A DNA stretch of 64,000 nt from an uncultured virus (IMG/VR IMGVR_UViG_3300032093_000029) (IMGVR_UViG_3300032093_000029), one strand, 5' to 3'; counted from the first letter of the stretch, positions 34,112 to 45,209 are shown. A program made the numbers and translations. The notes: generated from the letters alone by a model not told the origin.

Positions 34112-36447
34112 TAGTTACAGTTCCAACGACGAAGGGCTTTGTTGATTCTTGAATCTGGATCTCGTGCAGTTTCTGCACTAGTTAGTCTCTTTTTCATACC
34201 TTCCATTCTGCGGCAAAAGGACTTACGGCGTTCAGCCCTTTTGCCCGCAGGCTTTTTTTCAGTTACTGCAGTCTGAAGTTTTGAACCTGGATTTTCACGA
34301 CGATAAGCATCTACAGCTTTCTGACTGAGACCATCGGTTTTATCTTTACGATTAACTGACTGCCAATCTTCCTTAACTCCAATCATCACAATCGGATTTC
34401 TAACTCCAGCGGATCTCATCTTAGTTTTTGTTAGATTTACTTTAGTTGGTAAATCTCTCATATCCTTTTTTGGAGTTTCATTCTCTTTTTCGTCACATCC
34501 ACAACCTTCACTCATGTTTGGATTGATTTGAATTTTATTTTTCTTTTTAGAAACATCAATTACTTTTTTTTTATCCGTTGCAGAGGAAAAATCTTCTACT
34601 TCAAATAAAAAATCTTTTCTCCAATCATGGAGTTCTTCTTTTGTGACTTCTTTTTTATTTTGTTTGTTTAGTTCTCTTTTTGTCTTTGCAATTTTAAATG
34701 CAGCTGCGCCCAATTGAACTCCACCTTTAACCATCTTACCAATATTACTTGCAACTTTAGTTGCAGCTGCACCTTCGGTATCTTTAGTAGATATTTTTTG
34801 ATATTCTGGTCTATCTACAGATTTTTTGGATGATTCAATTTTTTGTTCTAGTTCTCTTTTTCTATTTTTTTCTGCTTCCTTTTTCTTTTTTTCTAGAGCC
34901 TCAGCTTTTTTCTGAGCTCTCATTTTATCTTCCCTTTTAGTTCTTTCTTTTCTAGCTTCAGCTTTAGAAGCGGCCTTTTCTCTTTCAGTTTGTTGAAGAA
35001 TTTTTGCAGCTTTTACTCTCGTGGCACCCCTAACTCTCTCAGCTCTTTCTACCCCAGTAACTTTTCGTTTACCTTTTTCTGGTTCTTCCTCAGTTTCTTT
35101 AGGCTTTTTTGATTTTTTATTGTCATCGTCTCCACGAATATCCGCAAGAAGATCGTCAAGTTTACCTTCACTTAATGGAGAAAATTCTAGGATCATTCTA
35201 TCAACTAAAGATAACTCTTCTTTAGTCTCCTCCTTTTTTTCAGGGAGTCCTGCATGTTTTGTCTTTGCAAAATCTCTTGCAGATTTCTTAGTCATTCCCT
35301 CTGCAGCCTTTGCAACCTCTGGAGAAGCAGGAGTTTCACCTTTCTTAGCAGCATAAACCATACCCATGAATCTCTGTTGAGCTCTACTTAGAGACTTCTC
35401 TGTAAGATATCCCTCACCCATTGCCTTCTGTTTACGAAGTTTCTTAGGATTCTTTGTCTTGTCTGCAGAGTAGTTATTATCATCCTCATTATCAGGATCT
35501 ACAGCACTACGATGTCTTGTGCGTCTTTCCTCATCATCCATGTTTGCACGACTTCTCTTTGCTTCATCTGGAGAATACTTTCTACCACTGTTGTACCATT
35601 CCTTACCTACATGACCTCTCTTCTCAGCATCAGCAGAAGCTTCTCTACGCTTATTCTTCTGACGATTTGCTTTGAAATCTTTCATGGTCATACCTTCTTC
35701 GATTTCAGTCTCTTCTTTTTTCACTCCTCTTCTCTCTTCATGTTCAGCTCTACGAGCCCTTTGTTGACCTCCACCTAATGCAAGGGCACCACTTGGATTG
35801 TCATATCTTGCAAGTCTTGCTGCAGATCTCTTATGTTCTGGAAGTTTCTTATCTGCCTTACCTTCATCAACAAGGTCGCCTTCGGGTTCATAAGATTGAC
35901 GAAGTTGTTTCATTGCATCGTTAAGTGCATTGTTACGTTTTTGCATTCCATATGCAGCACCAGCAATACCTGTTCCAGGATTTTTAATCTGTTTTCCTTT
36001 ATTTGCAGCATCTACTCCAGATTTCGCAGCATCTTTAGCTCTCTTAATTGCAGCACCAGCAGCAAGAGCTCCACCAAGAGCAAGTCCGCCAGCAATTAGT
36101 GGTGCAATCTCATCAATCTGTTCTACTTCTTCTTTCGCTTGAATAATCTTACTTCTTACCTTTCTGCGATTTAAAAGATATTTGTCAGTCTTATCATGAT
36201 CTCCATCATTATCAATATCCTTATCTTCTTGACCAACAGCATCCAGTTGTTTCGCTTCTTCTACTTTCTTCTTCTTGTCTGCAGCAATGGCAGCTCCAAC
36301 AGTAGCTCTCCTCTTCTTAAGATAACTATCAGAACTATCGGAATCACCATCATTATCCACATCGTCATCTTCATGACCAACTGGATCCAGTTTTTTAGCT
36401 GTTTTAGCTTCTGCAACAATACGTGAAAATTTTTCCCAACTAGACAT
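34111..36447 (-). CDS. modular Lys/Glu-rich putative internal head polyprotein
   Basis: Two LDxVGxEDxDxDNDGD motifs, DUF3008-like QRFMGMV...TKHAGLP, C-terminal DUF6321-like RRKSFCRRM...RWNC. Confidence 0.75.
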   Translation of the reverse strand: MSSWEKFSRIVAEAKTAKKLDPVGHEDDDVDNDGDSDSSDSYLKKRRATVGAAIAADKKKKVEEAKQLDAVGQEDKDIDNDGDHDKTDKYLLNRRKVRSKIIQAKEEVEQIDEIAPLIAGGLALGGALAAGAAIKRAKDAAKSGVDAANKGKQIKNPGTGIAGAAYGMQKRNNALNDAMKQLRQSYEPEGDLVDEGKADKKLPEHKRSAARLARYDNPSGALALGGGQQRARRAEHEERRGVKKEETEIEEGMTMKDFKANRQKNKRREASADAEKRGHVGKEWYNSGRKYSPDEAKRSRANMDDEERRTRHRSAVDPDNEDDNNYSADKTKNPKKLRKQKAMGEGYLTEKSLSRAQQRFMGMVYAAKKGETPASPEVAKAAEGMTKKSARDFAKTKHAGLPEKKEETKEELSLVDRMILEFSPLSEGKLDDLLADIRGDDDNKKSKKPKETEEEPEKGKRKVTGVERAERVRGATRVKAAKILQQTEREKAASKAEARKERTKREDKMRAQKKAEALEKKKKEAEKNRKRELEQKIESSKKSVDRPEYQKISTKDTEGAAATKVASNIGKMVKGGVQLGAAAFKIAKTKRELNKQNKKEVTKEELHDWRKDFLFEVEDFSSATDKKKVIDVSKKKNKIQINPNMSEGCGCDEKENETPKKDMRDLPTKVNLTKTKMRSAGVRNPIVMIGVKEDWQSVNRKDKTDGLSQKAVDAYRRENPGSKLQTAVTEKKPAGKRAERRKSFCRRMEGMKKRLTSAETARDPDSRINKALRRWNCN

Positions 36448-36472
36448 TTATCTGTAAAAAATACTGCTAGTT

Positions 36473-37735
36473 TTATTTATTCTTTTTGCCTCTACGAAAC
36501 TTATCGTAAATAGATGCAATCTTAACACCGGTATAACTTTTAACTTCTTGTCCTGGAGTTAATGATTGGAGATACTCCCTATATTCATCTGTACCGATTT
36601 CATGGGGGTGTTCAGTGAGATCTTTTAACCAAGACTTGAACATAACTCCGTCTTCAGTTACACAAATGACATAGTTAGTTCCTCTACGAATTACTTCACC
36701 TCTAAGGCCTGTATTCATATTTTCAACGATAGATCCAACTTCATAGATGTGATCAACTAGGTATGCATCTCTAAGACCCTCTTCATCAAATTTAGGTGCA
36801 ACTTCCCAAATTTCCGTCTGTTCATTAATTCCCATAGATCTACGAAGAACATTAAAAAGTTCCATCTTTTCAGTGTTACCCAGAGTATCAGGAACACCTT
36901 TCGCAAACTTTTTAAAGTCACCTTCTGCTGCAGCAAGACGAAGTTTTGAAGCAGACATTCCTGTTACATCATCAGAGTCTGGATCTCTTTCTCCTGCAGA
37001 AACTACTTCAAGTTGATCATAATTATAAAGTTCCCCATTATACTTATGACTCAAACCTTGAAACTCTCCGAGTCGGTCTTGGCCCACCATGATGATCATA
37101 TTATTATGACCTTCTTGATTTGCACCCGTCAATACATTAAAGATTGTTTTTGCTCCCTTGTCGTCAATAATACTATCTGCATAATCTGGGAACATCTGAC
37201 GCATATATGAAATCTTCATTTGTGGAGTCAAAGGATTTTTCTTAGCATCATGAGAACGAGAAGGATAAACTCTCAATTCATATCCTCTCTTATCAGCTTC
37301 CTTTGCAGCACGATCTAAAAGTTTTTGATGACCAATTGTTGGTGGATTAAATCTACCAAACACCACAACAACTCCTGGAGTTTCTGGAACTGGTACTTCT
37401 GCAGGTTGTTCTTCTGTCGCTGGTGCAGATTGTTGTTCTGGTGAAACTTGTTGAGAATTTTGTGTCTGTTGTGGGGAGGGTTCTTGAACAACAGACTGAG
37501 TTGCAGTCTGTTTAGATGAGATTGATTTAGTACTTGGTTGAGATGGGGAATCTTTTTGTCCTGGAATATTATCACTACCAAAGAACTTTAATTTACCAGC
37601 CACAGTTTTTGCAACAAACTCACCATTTTTGTCATACCATCCGCCATGACCATCTCCGGTCAAACCAAGTCTCTTGGCTTCTGTAGATGCAGAAGTTTCT
37701 CTAGCTTCAGTGAGGAACTGCGTGAAATTCTTCAT
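36473..37735 (-). CDS. cytidyltransferase-like (HIGH superfamily) protein
   Basis: FGRFNPPTIGH, VGQDR, VVSAGERDPD, MSASKLR; starts MKNFTQFLTEA. Confidence 0.88.
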   Translation of the reverse strand: MKNFTQFLTEARETSASTEAKRLGLTGDGHGGWYDKNGEFVAKTVAGKLKFFGSDNIPGQKDSPSQPSTKSISSKQTATQSVVQEPSPQQTQNSQQVSPEQQSAPATEEQPAEVPVPETPGVVVVFGRFNPPTIGHQKLLDRAAKEADKRGYELRVYPSRSHDAKKNPLTPQMKISYMRQMFPDYADSIIDDKGAKTIFNVLTGANQEGHNNMIIMVGQDRLGEFQGLSHKYNGELYNYDQLEVVSAGERDPDSDDVTGMSASKLRLAAAEGDFKKFAKGVPDTLGNTEKMELFNVLRRSMGINEQTEIWEVAPKFDEEGLRDAYLVDHIYEVGSIVENMNTGLRGEVIRRGTNYVICVTEDGVMFKSWLKDLTEHPHEIGTDEYREYLQSLTPGQEVKSYTGVKIASIYDKFRRGKKNK

Positions 37736-37775
37736 TATTAATTGAGTTAGGATTCCTTAACCATAAAGGTATTTA

Positions 37776-38846
37776 TTATTTTTCCTTCGGTGCATAGGCC
37801 GCAGGACCGGCTTCAACATAGAATTTTAATTCTTTAATTTGAAAATCTTCCCCACTTCCTGCAACTCTTTTTTTAAATCTTAATTGAAACAATTCCTTGT
37901 TTAATGGCTTAATAATAAATTTTAAATTATCTCCACTTTTTTGTACATCTATTGAGGATGTTTTTTGTTGAAGTTCATTTATATAATCAACAGTAATTTC
38001 TTTTATTTTTGTTTTGTCAATATCAACAACATTAGCTAAATCCGAACCAAAAGTCATAGATTTAAATAGTTCAAAAGCCTGATCCTTAAAAGTAGAATTC
38101 CTAGAAGCATCTTCAAGAGATTCTAATGTCTCTTTATACAATTCTTTAATAGTGTCTACTTTTAATTTCTTTTCTAAAGGGGTTCTTGCTTGTGCAAGTT
38201 GTTCTCCTAATATTTTTCTATATTTTGTTTCATTTGGAAGTGAGACTCCGAATCTTTTTACAATGTCCATCATCCCATTAAAAGGACTAAGATTAGCCAA
38301 AGTTTTACTTCCAGACTTTAAAGAAAAACTCAATGTTCTATCAAGTTGTTTCTTACCATTCATAGTTACGGAAACTTCCAAATCTCCCTTTATATCTCCA
38401 CCAGAAGATTCTCCAGCAATACCGTCAGCATTAATAACAATATCAACAGTATCAGATTTATTATTTTTAAGATAACTATCCTTAGTTCTTTTTATCAGAT
38501 CTTGATAATGTGTTTTGGTAAAAGTAATTAAATTATCTATTTTTCTATCAATATTTCCTACATCTGAACTTTTTTCATAGAGTGGTGCATAGTTGGGTCC
38601 AAATGCCATATTCGTTGATTCATATTTTAATCTAATAATCAATGTAACTTTAATTTGATCCTGAGGACGACCATCTTTAAATTCTCTTACTACTATTTCA
38701 GATCTACCATTCTTAAAAATACCAGGATCTATTTGTCTTCTCCACCTATTAACATTCGATTTATTAATCGTACCATTTGCAAACAATTCGGCAAGACAGA
38801 TGGCAAATACGCCCTCCATCACATCTCCTTCATTTAATTTTGCCAT
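37776..38846 (-). CDS. hypothetical protein, possible PD-(D/E)xK nuclease
   Basis: GDVMEG...KGDL...SFSLK pattern. Confidence 0.55.
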   Translation of the reverse strand: MAKLNEGDVMEGVFAICLAELFANGTINKSNVNRWRRQIDPGIFKNGRSEIVVREFKDGRPQDQIKVTLIIRLKYESTNMAFGPNYAPLYEKSSDVGNIDRKIDNLITFTKTHYQDLIKRTKDSYLKNNKSDTVDIVINADGIAGESSGGDIKGDLEVSVTMNGKKQLDRTLSFSLKSGSKTLANLSPFNGMMDIVKRFGVSLPNETKYRKILGEQLAQARTPLEKKLKVDTIKELYKETLESLEDASRNSTFKDQAFELFKSMTFGSDLANVVDIDKTKIKEITVDYINELQQKTSSIDVQKSGDNLKFIIKPLNKELFQLRFKKRVAGSGEDFQIKELKFYVEAGPAAYAPKEK

Positions 38847-38889
38847 AGGTACTAAAAAACCCTTCCAAATATTTATGGAAGGGTAATAA

Positions 38890-39069
38890 TTATTTTTTAC
38901 TCACTGCAGATTCCATCGCCGAATCTAAGTTAGTAATTACTTCACGAAGATTAAAGATCCTTTCTGGAATTGCATGACCATTAGTATAACCTTTTTGAGC
39001 ATCAACAAGAGACATCAAAACTATTCCCGCTTCCTCAAGACTCATTTCAAGAACTACTTTAGTACTCAC
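38890..39069 (-). CDS. hypothetical protein (59 aa, GTG start)
   Basis: Manual translation; coupled to mazG stop. Confidence 0.55.
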   Translation of the reverse strand: MSTKVVLEMSLEEAGIVLMSLVDAQKGYTNGHAIPERIFNLREVITNLDSAMESAVSKK

Positions 39070-39473
39070 AGATCATCCTCCGAACGATTTTCAGAATAAT
39101 AAACATCAAAAGATCCCCCTGGATAACGTTTCTCAAGTTTAGTTACGTTACGAGCAACAACTTCATCAATAGTAACTTCAAGTGCCATGCAAGCTTGTGC
39201 AACATACCACATAATGTCACCAAGTTCAATAATCAAATGTTCTTTATTATCTACATTCCAGGGTTTACCTTGGAAAATCATTTTCTTAATAATTTCCAAA
39301 AACTCACCACCTTCAGCATTGATACCAACACCAGCAGTAAGCAGTCGTTCAATATTGGCACCTTTTTCATCAAGTTCTACAAGACGATTGGAAAGGGCAA
39401 GGAAATCAGTAGATGCGTCGGAGGTTACTGCATCAACAAATTGTGTATATTTGTTAAAATCAACTTTACTCAT
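39066..39473 (-). CDS. mazG: MazG-like nucleoside triphosphate pyrophosphohydrolase
   Basis: AEGGEFLE, ELGDIMWY, KLEKRYP. Confidence 0.92.
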   Translation of the reverse strand: MSKVDFNKYTQFVDAVTSDASTDFLALSNRLVELDEKGANIERLLTAGVGINAEGGEFLEIIKKMIFQGKPWNVDNKEHLIIELGDIMWYVAQACMALEVTIDEVVARNVTKLEKRYPGGSFDVYYSENRSEDDL

Positions 39474-40855
39474 TAGAATTTAAATCCCTCGAATGATTTT
39501 TTAGGTCCAGTTTTCTTTTCCTCATAAGTATACTCCTCTTCTTGTCCAGAGTCAAGTATGTCAGCTTGAGCACTCTGTTCACAATCATAGAGTCGCATCT
39601 TTGCACGATCAATACCAACAACGAACCTTTTATTGATGGTAGGATCATTATAACGATTCTTCAATTGTTTCACCATAATCTGACCCAACTCTTCAAGTTC
39701 TTCAGTACCAATAAGAGCAAACATAAGGTCTGCAGTAGCAGGAAGACCGAAAGATTCGGAAGTATCAGTTAGTTCAACATCAGAAGATCCATAACCACTT
39801 CTGGTAGTTTGTGTTGCACTCACAATAGGTAGATTGAACTCCACTGCAAGACCACGAAGTTCTTCGGCAATAGCTTTAATATAAGAATAAGAATTGACTG
39901 AAAGATTTCCCTTATACCTAGAAGAGGCACAAATATTAAGATAGTCAATAAAAATAATATCAGGTTTGAATGACTTCTTAAGAGCAAGTTCATTCAACAA
40001 TGATTTAAAGTGACCACTGTGAGCAGATGCAGTAGGATACTCTTTAATAATCAAAGTACCCTGAGTTTTCTTAGCAATATTACTAACTTTATTCTCGAAC
40101 ATCTGACGAGGAAGATTAGTAATCTCTTGGATATTCACATTCAAAAGATTCGCATCAATCCTTTCCGCAATTCTCTCTTCAGCCATCTCCATAGTAATAT
40201 AGAGAACATTGCGACCTTGTAGGAGAGTAGAAGCAGCAAAGTGACACATGAATAGAGACTTACCAACACCAGTGCCTGCAAGAGCAATGTTGAGAGTTTT
40301 GTTAGGAAGACCACCCTTTGTAATACGGTTGAAGAATTCCAAATCGAAAGGAATTTTGTCTTCTTTCTGGTGGTAGAATTCATATCGTTCTTCATAATCA
40401 TGAAGATAATCGTGACCTACGTTTGTATCAAAACTAACTGCAAGTGCATCGGAAAGAATAGATGGAATTGCATCTTTAGACTTCTTGGAATCCTTACCAT
40501 CAACGATCGCAATAGATTCCATCAATGCCAAATAAATGGCTTTATCACGACACCACTTTTCAGTAGTATCACACAACCAAGATGTATCTAGGAGAGATTC
40601 TTCGAGATTGAAAATATATTCAGTAACTTCTTTATACGAGTTTTCATTTAGATCAGTACGATTCTCAATCTCAACATGAAGAATTTCTTTTGTAGGAAGT
40701 TTATTATAATTAAAAATAAACTTACAGATCTCCTCAAAAACTACTCTCTCAGCGTAATCTGTAAAGTATTCAGTTCTGATGAAAGGCAAAACCTTCCTAG
40801 AATATTCTTCATTAAATGCGAGACTCCTGAGAATAGTAGTTTCAACCCTTTCCAT
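39473..40855 (-). CDS. 41: replicative DNA helicase (T4 gp41)
   Basis: AGTGVGKS Walker A, IDYLNIC, SESFGLPATAD, QLKNRY. Confidence 0.96.
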   Translation of the reverse strand: MERVETTILRSLAFNEEYSRKVLPFIRTEYFTDYAERVVFEEICKFIFNYNKLPTKEILHVEIENRTDLNENSYKEVTEYIFNLEESLLDTSWLCDTTEKWCRDKAIYLALMESIAIVDGKDSKKSKDAIPSILSDALAVSFDTNVGHDYLHDYEERYEFYHQKEDKIPFDLEFFNRITKGGLPNKTLNIALAGTGVGKSLFMCHFAASTLLQGRNVLYITMEMAEERIAERIDANLLNVNIQEITNLPRQMFENKVSNIAKKTQGTLIIKEYPTASAHSGHFKSLLNELALKKSFKPDIIFIDYLNICASSRYKGNLSVNSYSYIKAIAEELRGLAVEFNLPIVSATQTTRSGYGSSDVELTDTSESFGLPATADLMFALIGTEELEELGQIMVKQLKNRYNDPTINKRFVVGIDRAKMRLYDCEQSAQADILDSGQEEEYTYEEKKTGPKKSFEGFKF

Positions 40856-41394
40856 TAGTAATAGTGACAATAAGTGGACATAATATACTTGACTCCTTTA
40901 TTGACTCGCAATCCCGCATGAGGGTACTGCCAAGTAGGAGGAAACACCATAACTGATCCTTGTTTAGGAACAATCTTTTTATTGTGATGAGGAAACTCAG
41001 TTTCACCACCAGTGAAATCATCATTCAGATAATACAAGAAAGCTAGATATCTTCTTGCAGATGCGTGATCTTCAACATCAACATGAATATCAAACCTATC
41101 ATGACTTCTGGAATGATATTTCTTAATACGAAACTCTTCTAGAAAGAGTCGTGGTGGATACCATCTAGTGTAATCCGAGAACTCTTTTTTGTAAAGGTTA
41201 AGTACACCCATAGTAACTTGAGATAGTTGTTTAGCACTATCTGGATGTTTTTGATTAATATTCAATTGTGTAAAATTAGGGGTTCCTTTGTTATTAACGA
41301 TTTCTTTATATCCACTAAGATCAAAGAGATCAATCAAGGTCTTACATGTTTCTTGGGGTAGAACATTTTCATAGACCTTGATAAAATCATCCAT
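40855..41394 (-). CDS. 2OG-Fe(II) oxygenase (prolyl-hydroxylase-like)
   Basis: HVD, YLND-FTGGETEF, FPP-W-YPH, KY. Confidence 0.9.
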   Translation of the reverse strand: MDDFIKVYENVLPQETCKTLIDLFDLSGYKEIVNNKGTPNFTQLNINQKHPDSAKQLSQVTMGVLNLYKKEFSDYTRWYPPRLFLEEFRIKKYHSRSHDRFDIHVDVEDHASARRYLAFLYYLNDDFTGGETEFPHHNKKIVPKQGSVMVFPPTWQYPHAGLRVNKGVKYIMSTYCHYY

Positions 41395-42388
41395 AACAAA
41401 ACTCTTTCTGAGCAATCTCATCTAAAGCCTGCATTACTTCTGGAGTAAAATATTCTTCTGGATTTGCAAGGATTTGTTTTGCGTAAATCTTTTTACCATC
41501 CATCTCGTAACGACCCGCAACATTTTTCCAGAGTCCGCCGAGTTCCCCGAGTTCCAGAAGACCATAATAACGATCAAGACCGCGCTCATCATAAAATAGA
41601 CGGATTTCAACGTCTTTGTTCTCCTTACTCAAACGAGATTTAGCAGTCTTAGCTTTGATAATGTTTCCAACGACTTCTGTTCCATCCTTCTCTTTTTTCT
41701 TTGAGAGATAAATGATAGTAGAAGCGGCGTACTTAAGACCACTACCACCACCCATCTCTTTAGTAGGAACGTAAGCACCGATGACATCATAAGTGTGATT
41801 AGTAACTAACATTGGAATATTAGCTTGTCCGAGTTTGAGAGTGATCATACGGAAAGCACCTTTGACCAGTTGAGATTTGGTCATGTCACGAACTTGTTTA
41901 TCGTTCAGTGCATCAGTAATTTCTTTCTCAGTGGAAAGCATCCCCAGAGAGTCTAACACAAACATACACGGTTTACGTTCTCCTTCAGGTTTTTTTAAGT
42001 ATAGGTCTACTGCTTTGAGAGCCTTTCCACGAAATTCCTCTACGGTGACAACATTAACCACGACAAGACGTGATGTGTCGATGCCGCGTGACTCCACGAG
42101 AGATTTAGTAATGGCAGCCTCAGTATCAAAGTAGAGACAATAACCATCGGGGTTAGTATCAAGAAAATTCTTAACCACAGCGAGAGAGAAGAAAGTTTTT
42201 CCAGTAGAAGACTCTCCAGCAATAGCAGTAATCTTATTCCCAGATACACCACCAAATATGCTACCTGAAACCAGTGCATTAAAAACGTATGAACCCGTGT
42301 CAACATAAGTTTCTGTTTCATCAATGTCTGAAGCAAGTTTGGTGTACTCGCCTCCAATTTCTTTTACGATATCTTTAAGAAAATCCAT
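41387..42388 (-). CDS. uvsX: RecA-like recombinase
   Basis: GESSTGKT, FDTE, LDSLG, MGGGSG. Confidence 0.95.
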   Translation of the reverse strand: MDFLKDIVKEIGGEYTKLASDIDETETYVDTGSYVFNALVSGSIFGGVSGNKITAIAGESSTGKTFFSLAVVKNFLDTNPDGYCLYFDTEAAITKSLVESRGIDTSRLVVVNVVTVEEFRGKALKAVDLYLKKPEGERKPCMFVLDSLGMLSTEKEITDALNDKQVRDMTKSQLVKGAFRMITLKLGQANIPMLVTNHTYDVIGAYVPTKEMGGGSGLKYAASTIIYLSKKKEKDGTEVVGNIIKAKTAKSRLSKENKDVEIRLFYDERGLDRYYGLLELGELGGLWKNVAGRYEMDGKKIYAKQILANPEEYFTPEVMQALDEIAQKEFCYG

Positions 42389-42552
42389 CAAGCTACCATC
42401 CCATATTCTTCACGTAGAATTTTTTTATAAGGAAGACCCTGTTCTCTGAGTTCCTTTACTAGTTTAAGTTTTTGAAACAATGCAACATCTCCACCCAGAG
42501 ACATGGCTTTAATAATAGTATTCAGTTCTTCGTCATTGATAGGTAGATCCAT
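42388..42552 (-). CDS. hypothetical protein (54 aa)
   Basis: Manual translation MDLPINDEEL...EEYGMVA. Confidence 0.6.
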   Translation of the reverse strand: MDLPINDEELNTIIKAMSLGGDVALFQKLKLVKELREQGLPYKKILREEYGMVA

Positions 42553-42714
42553 TCATTCCTCCAAATTTTTTGACTCTGTGCAGATAACCCAATTATACTT
42601 CTTTTTTAGTTCGTTTGCAAACCAATATGCAGTGGAAGCCGTCTCAAACAGTTTCCTATTTTTAACAGGAGACAATTCTCCAGGTTCAGCCCAAACCACT
42701 ACATATTTACTCAT
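42553..42714 (-). CDS. hypothetical protein (53 aa)
   Basis: Manual translation MSKYVVVWAE...KNLEE; ATGA-coupled to gp43 stop. Confidence 0.55.
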   Translation of the reverse strand: MSKYVVVWAEPGELSPVKNRKLFETASTAYWFANELKKKYNWVICTESKNLEE

Positions 42715-45209
42715 GAGAAAAAACTATCCAAACTGATTGATTTTTCCACAGACCATCCAATAGAATCAAGAATAATTTTCATTGGTTCCACGAAAGATTT
42801 ATTGAACTGAGTATCATAATCGACATATTTTTCCAATCCAAGTTCTCTGGGAAAGTCTTGAATGAATCCAAGAACATTTTCTTGAATTGGATTAGGGATC
42901 TTCAAATAAAGAAATTTAATCTTTTCTCCACTTTGAATTGCTGGATACTTTTTATCAAGTCCAGCCTTCTTAGTATAATGATTGTAAAGAATTGCACCTC
43001 TTACATGAAATGGTACACCTTTATTATACATGTGTGTCTTTGATACCCACTTATTAATTTCAGAAACACTGCGAGGGAAAGCAATCTCTTCTGGTTGAAG
43101 TGATTTAAATTTCTTGCGAGCTTCCTCAATAAACTCAATTACATCATCTTCCCCCTTGGTCATAACGATATTGATTGCATCTTTAATCATCTTCCTACAA
43201 GGTGCAGGAGTAGATGTTTTGATGGCTTCAATACCCATCATCTTCAGTTTAGGTTCTTGATATCGAACACCTTCAGAGTCCCACACTCGAAGAATATAAC
43301 GTTTTTTACCAGTCCAGATTCCACGTTCCGCGATGTTCTCGCGTTTCATGTACATCTTCTGATCATAAGCATTCAGGTAGTCGGCCAGTTCTTGGTAAGA
43401 ACTTTCAATATACTTTTCAAGTTCCAAGTTACAGACCTTATCAAGGAAATTGACAACTTCATCAGTAGTTTTCTCTCTCCCTTTGAATACAGCATCAACA
43501 AAAGGACCCATATTAATATAAATGGAGTCGGTATCCATAGCAATGACATAATCAACCTCCTCAGTTTTGAGAACCTTATTCATATAAGAATTCATCTTTT
43601 CTTCAATCCATTGGATGGCTACTTGACCAGATAGAGTAATCGCTTCCGCATTTGCAAGTTTATAGTAACGGAAGTATTCATTACCGATGGCACCATAAGC
43701 AGAGTTAAGTGCGATCTTTTTAGCCATCTGAATATTATCACAACGAGAAATCTCTTTTTCCAATTCTTTGGTTGGAGTTTTCTCGTAGGCTTTTTTAGCC
43801 TCAATCATCTTCTTTTTGAAGATGACTCGTTCATTATACATCTTCTCCATAAGTTCAGGAAGGAACCCACGAATATCTTTACGGTACATTGCACCGTTGG
43901 CACACACAGCATAATTCTTATACATCTCAAACGTCAGTTCTTTTTTAAGAACCTTATCCACAGTCACACTGGGATGACGATTATCCAAAAGAGTTTCTGG
44001 ACTGATGTTGTATTGCATAATGAGGTGTGGATACAGTGAGTTCAAGTCAAAGTTCACCACCCAATCATATGCACCAGGAACTGGTTCCTTAACATATGCA
44101 CCAGCATATTTCTCATCCTTAGTATTACGTTCCTTTTGAGGAATCACAATATTCTTTTTGAGGAGATAGTTGTAGATAATTGCATCCCAAGTACGAACTT
44201 GATAAGCAATATCATTAAAGTTTACCTTTGCGTCAAATGCACGAGTGAAACAGAGATCAATCAACTTGAGTTTATCCTCAAGTCGGTCTACTAGTTCTAC
44301 GTCAACAATGTTGTACTCTACAAATTTTTGCCAATTATTTGTATAGAAATCACGAAAAGTATCAAACTCCGAGTGGTCCAACTTATTCTGAGACAACTCC
44401 ATAAAAGCAATGTGATCGAGTCGATAACTTTCCTGGTTAGGAGTTGCAGGAGACTTCTTATAAAGATCCAGATAGTCAATGATTGACACTCCAGCAATCT
44501 CGCAACTCAATTGTTTGCGACCCGAAATCTGTACTTCTTTGACCTTTACAATGTTCCATGGAGAGAATTTTTTAGCAACTTTTTCTCCCATCAATCGTGT
44601 AATGCGACCAATCAGATATGGAATATCATAGAGCTCGCAGTTCCATCCAGTAATTACTTCAGGAGTATTGTTCTGCCACCAATCCATAAAGGTATTGATG
44701 AGAGAGTACTCATCTTTACAGTAAATGTACTTTACATTTTGTTGAGCAACTTGTGCAGGACGAGATCCAAATGTAGTAATTTGTTTAGTATTATAGTCTT
44801 GTACTGTAACCAAAAGAAGTTCCTCGGCACAATTAAAGACATCAGGAAATCCACTTTCAGCAGCAACCTCAATGTCAATTGTTACAAGTTTGATCTTGTT
44901 GATATCAAACTTGATTTCATCTTCTGGATACTTTTCTGCGATGTATTGGTAAATGAATCTATCATTTCCAAAAACTTTGAATCCATTCACACCTTCATAC
45001 TTTTCCAAGAAGTCTTTACAATCTCGGATAGTTCCAGGACGAATAGGTTCAACATTTATACCATCAAGAGTTTTATACTTACTTTCTTTCTTTGATGGAA
45101 CATAGAATGTGGGATAGAATTCTTCCCTATTTGTAAAATGTTTTCCGTTTTCATAACCTCGGACAAGGATATCATTACCTAGTTGAAAGACATTCGTGTA
45201 AAACTTCAT
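42711..45209 (-). CDS. 43: family B DNA polymerase (T4 gp43)
   Basis: DIE exo I, DLNSLYP, KIALNSAYG, DTDS. Confidence 0.97.
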   Translation of the reverse strand: MKFYTNVFQLGNDILVRGYENGKHFTNREEFYPTFYVPSKKESKYKTLDGINVEPIRPGTIRDCKDFLEKYEGVNGFKVFGNDRFIYQYIAEKYPEDEIKFDINKIKLVTIDIEVAAESGFPDVFNCAEELLLVTVQDYNTKQITTFGSRPAQVAQQNVKYIYCKDEYSLINTFMDWWQNNTPEVITGWNCELYDIPYLIGRITRLMGEKVAKKFSPWNIVKVKEVQISGRKQLSCEIAGVSIIDYLDLYKKSPATPNQESYRLDHIAFMELSQNKLDHSEFDTFRDFYTNNWQKFVEYNIVDVELVDRLEDKLKLIDLCFTRAFDAKVNFNDIAYQVRTWDAIIYNYLLKKNIVIPQKERNTKDEKYAGAYVKEPVPGAYDWVVNFDLNSLYPHLIMQYNISPETLLDNRHPSVTVDKVLKKELTFEMYKNYAVCANGAMYRKDIRGFLPELMEKMYNERVIFKKKMIEAKKAYEKTPTKELEKEISRCDNIQMAKKIALNSAYGAIGNEYFRYYKLANAEAITLSGQVAIQWIEEKMNSYMNKVLKTEEVDYVIAMDTDSIYINMGPFVDAVFKGREKTTDEVVNFLDKVCNLELEKYIESSYQELADYLNAYDQKMYMKRENIAERGIWTGKKRYILRVWDSEGVRYQEPKLKMMGIEAIKTSTPAPCRKMIKDAINIVMTKGEDDVIEFIEEARKKFKSLQPEEIAFPRSVSEINKWVSKTHMYNKGVPFHVRGAILYNHYTKKAGLDKKYPAIQSGEKIKFLYLKIPNPIQENVLGFIQDFPRELGLEKYVDYDTQFNKSFVEPMKIILDSIGWSVEKSISLDSFFS

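Noticed and set aside
44511..45095. 194-aa plus-strand ORF
   Set aside because: Antisense shadow of gp43
24604..45209. Introns or inteins in nrdB, nrdA, gp41, gp43
   Set aside because: All ORFs are continuous and of normal length
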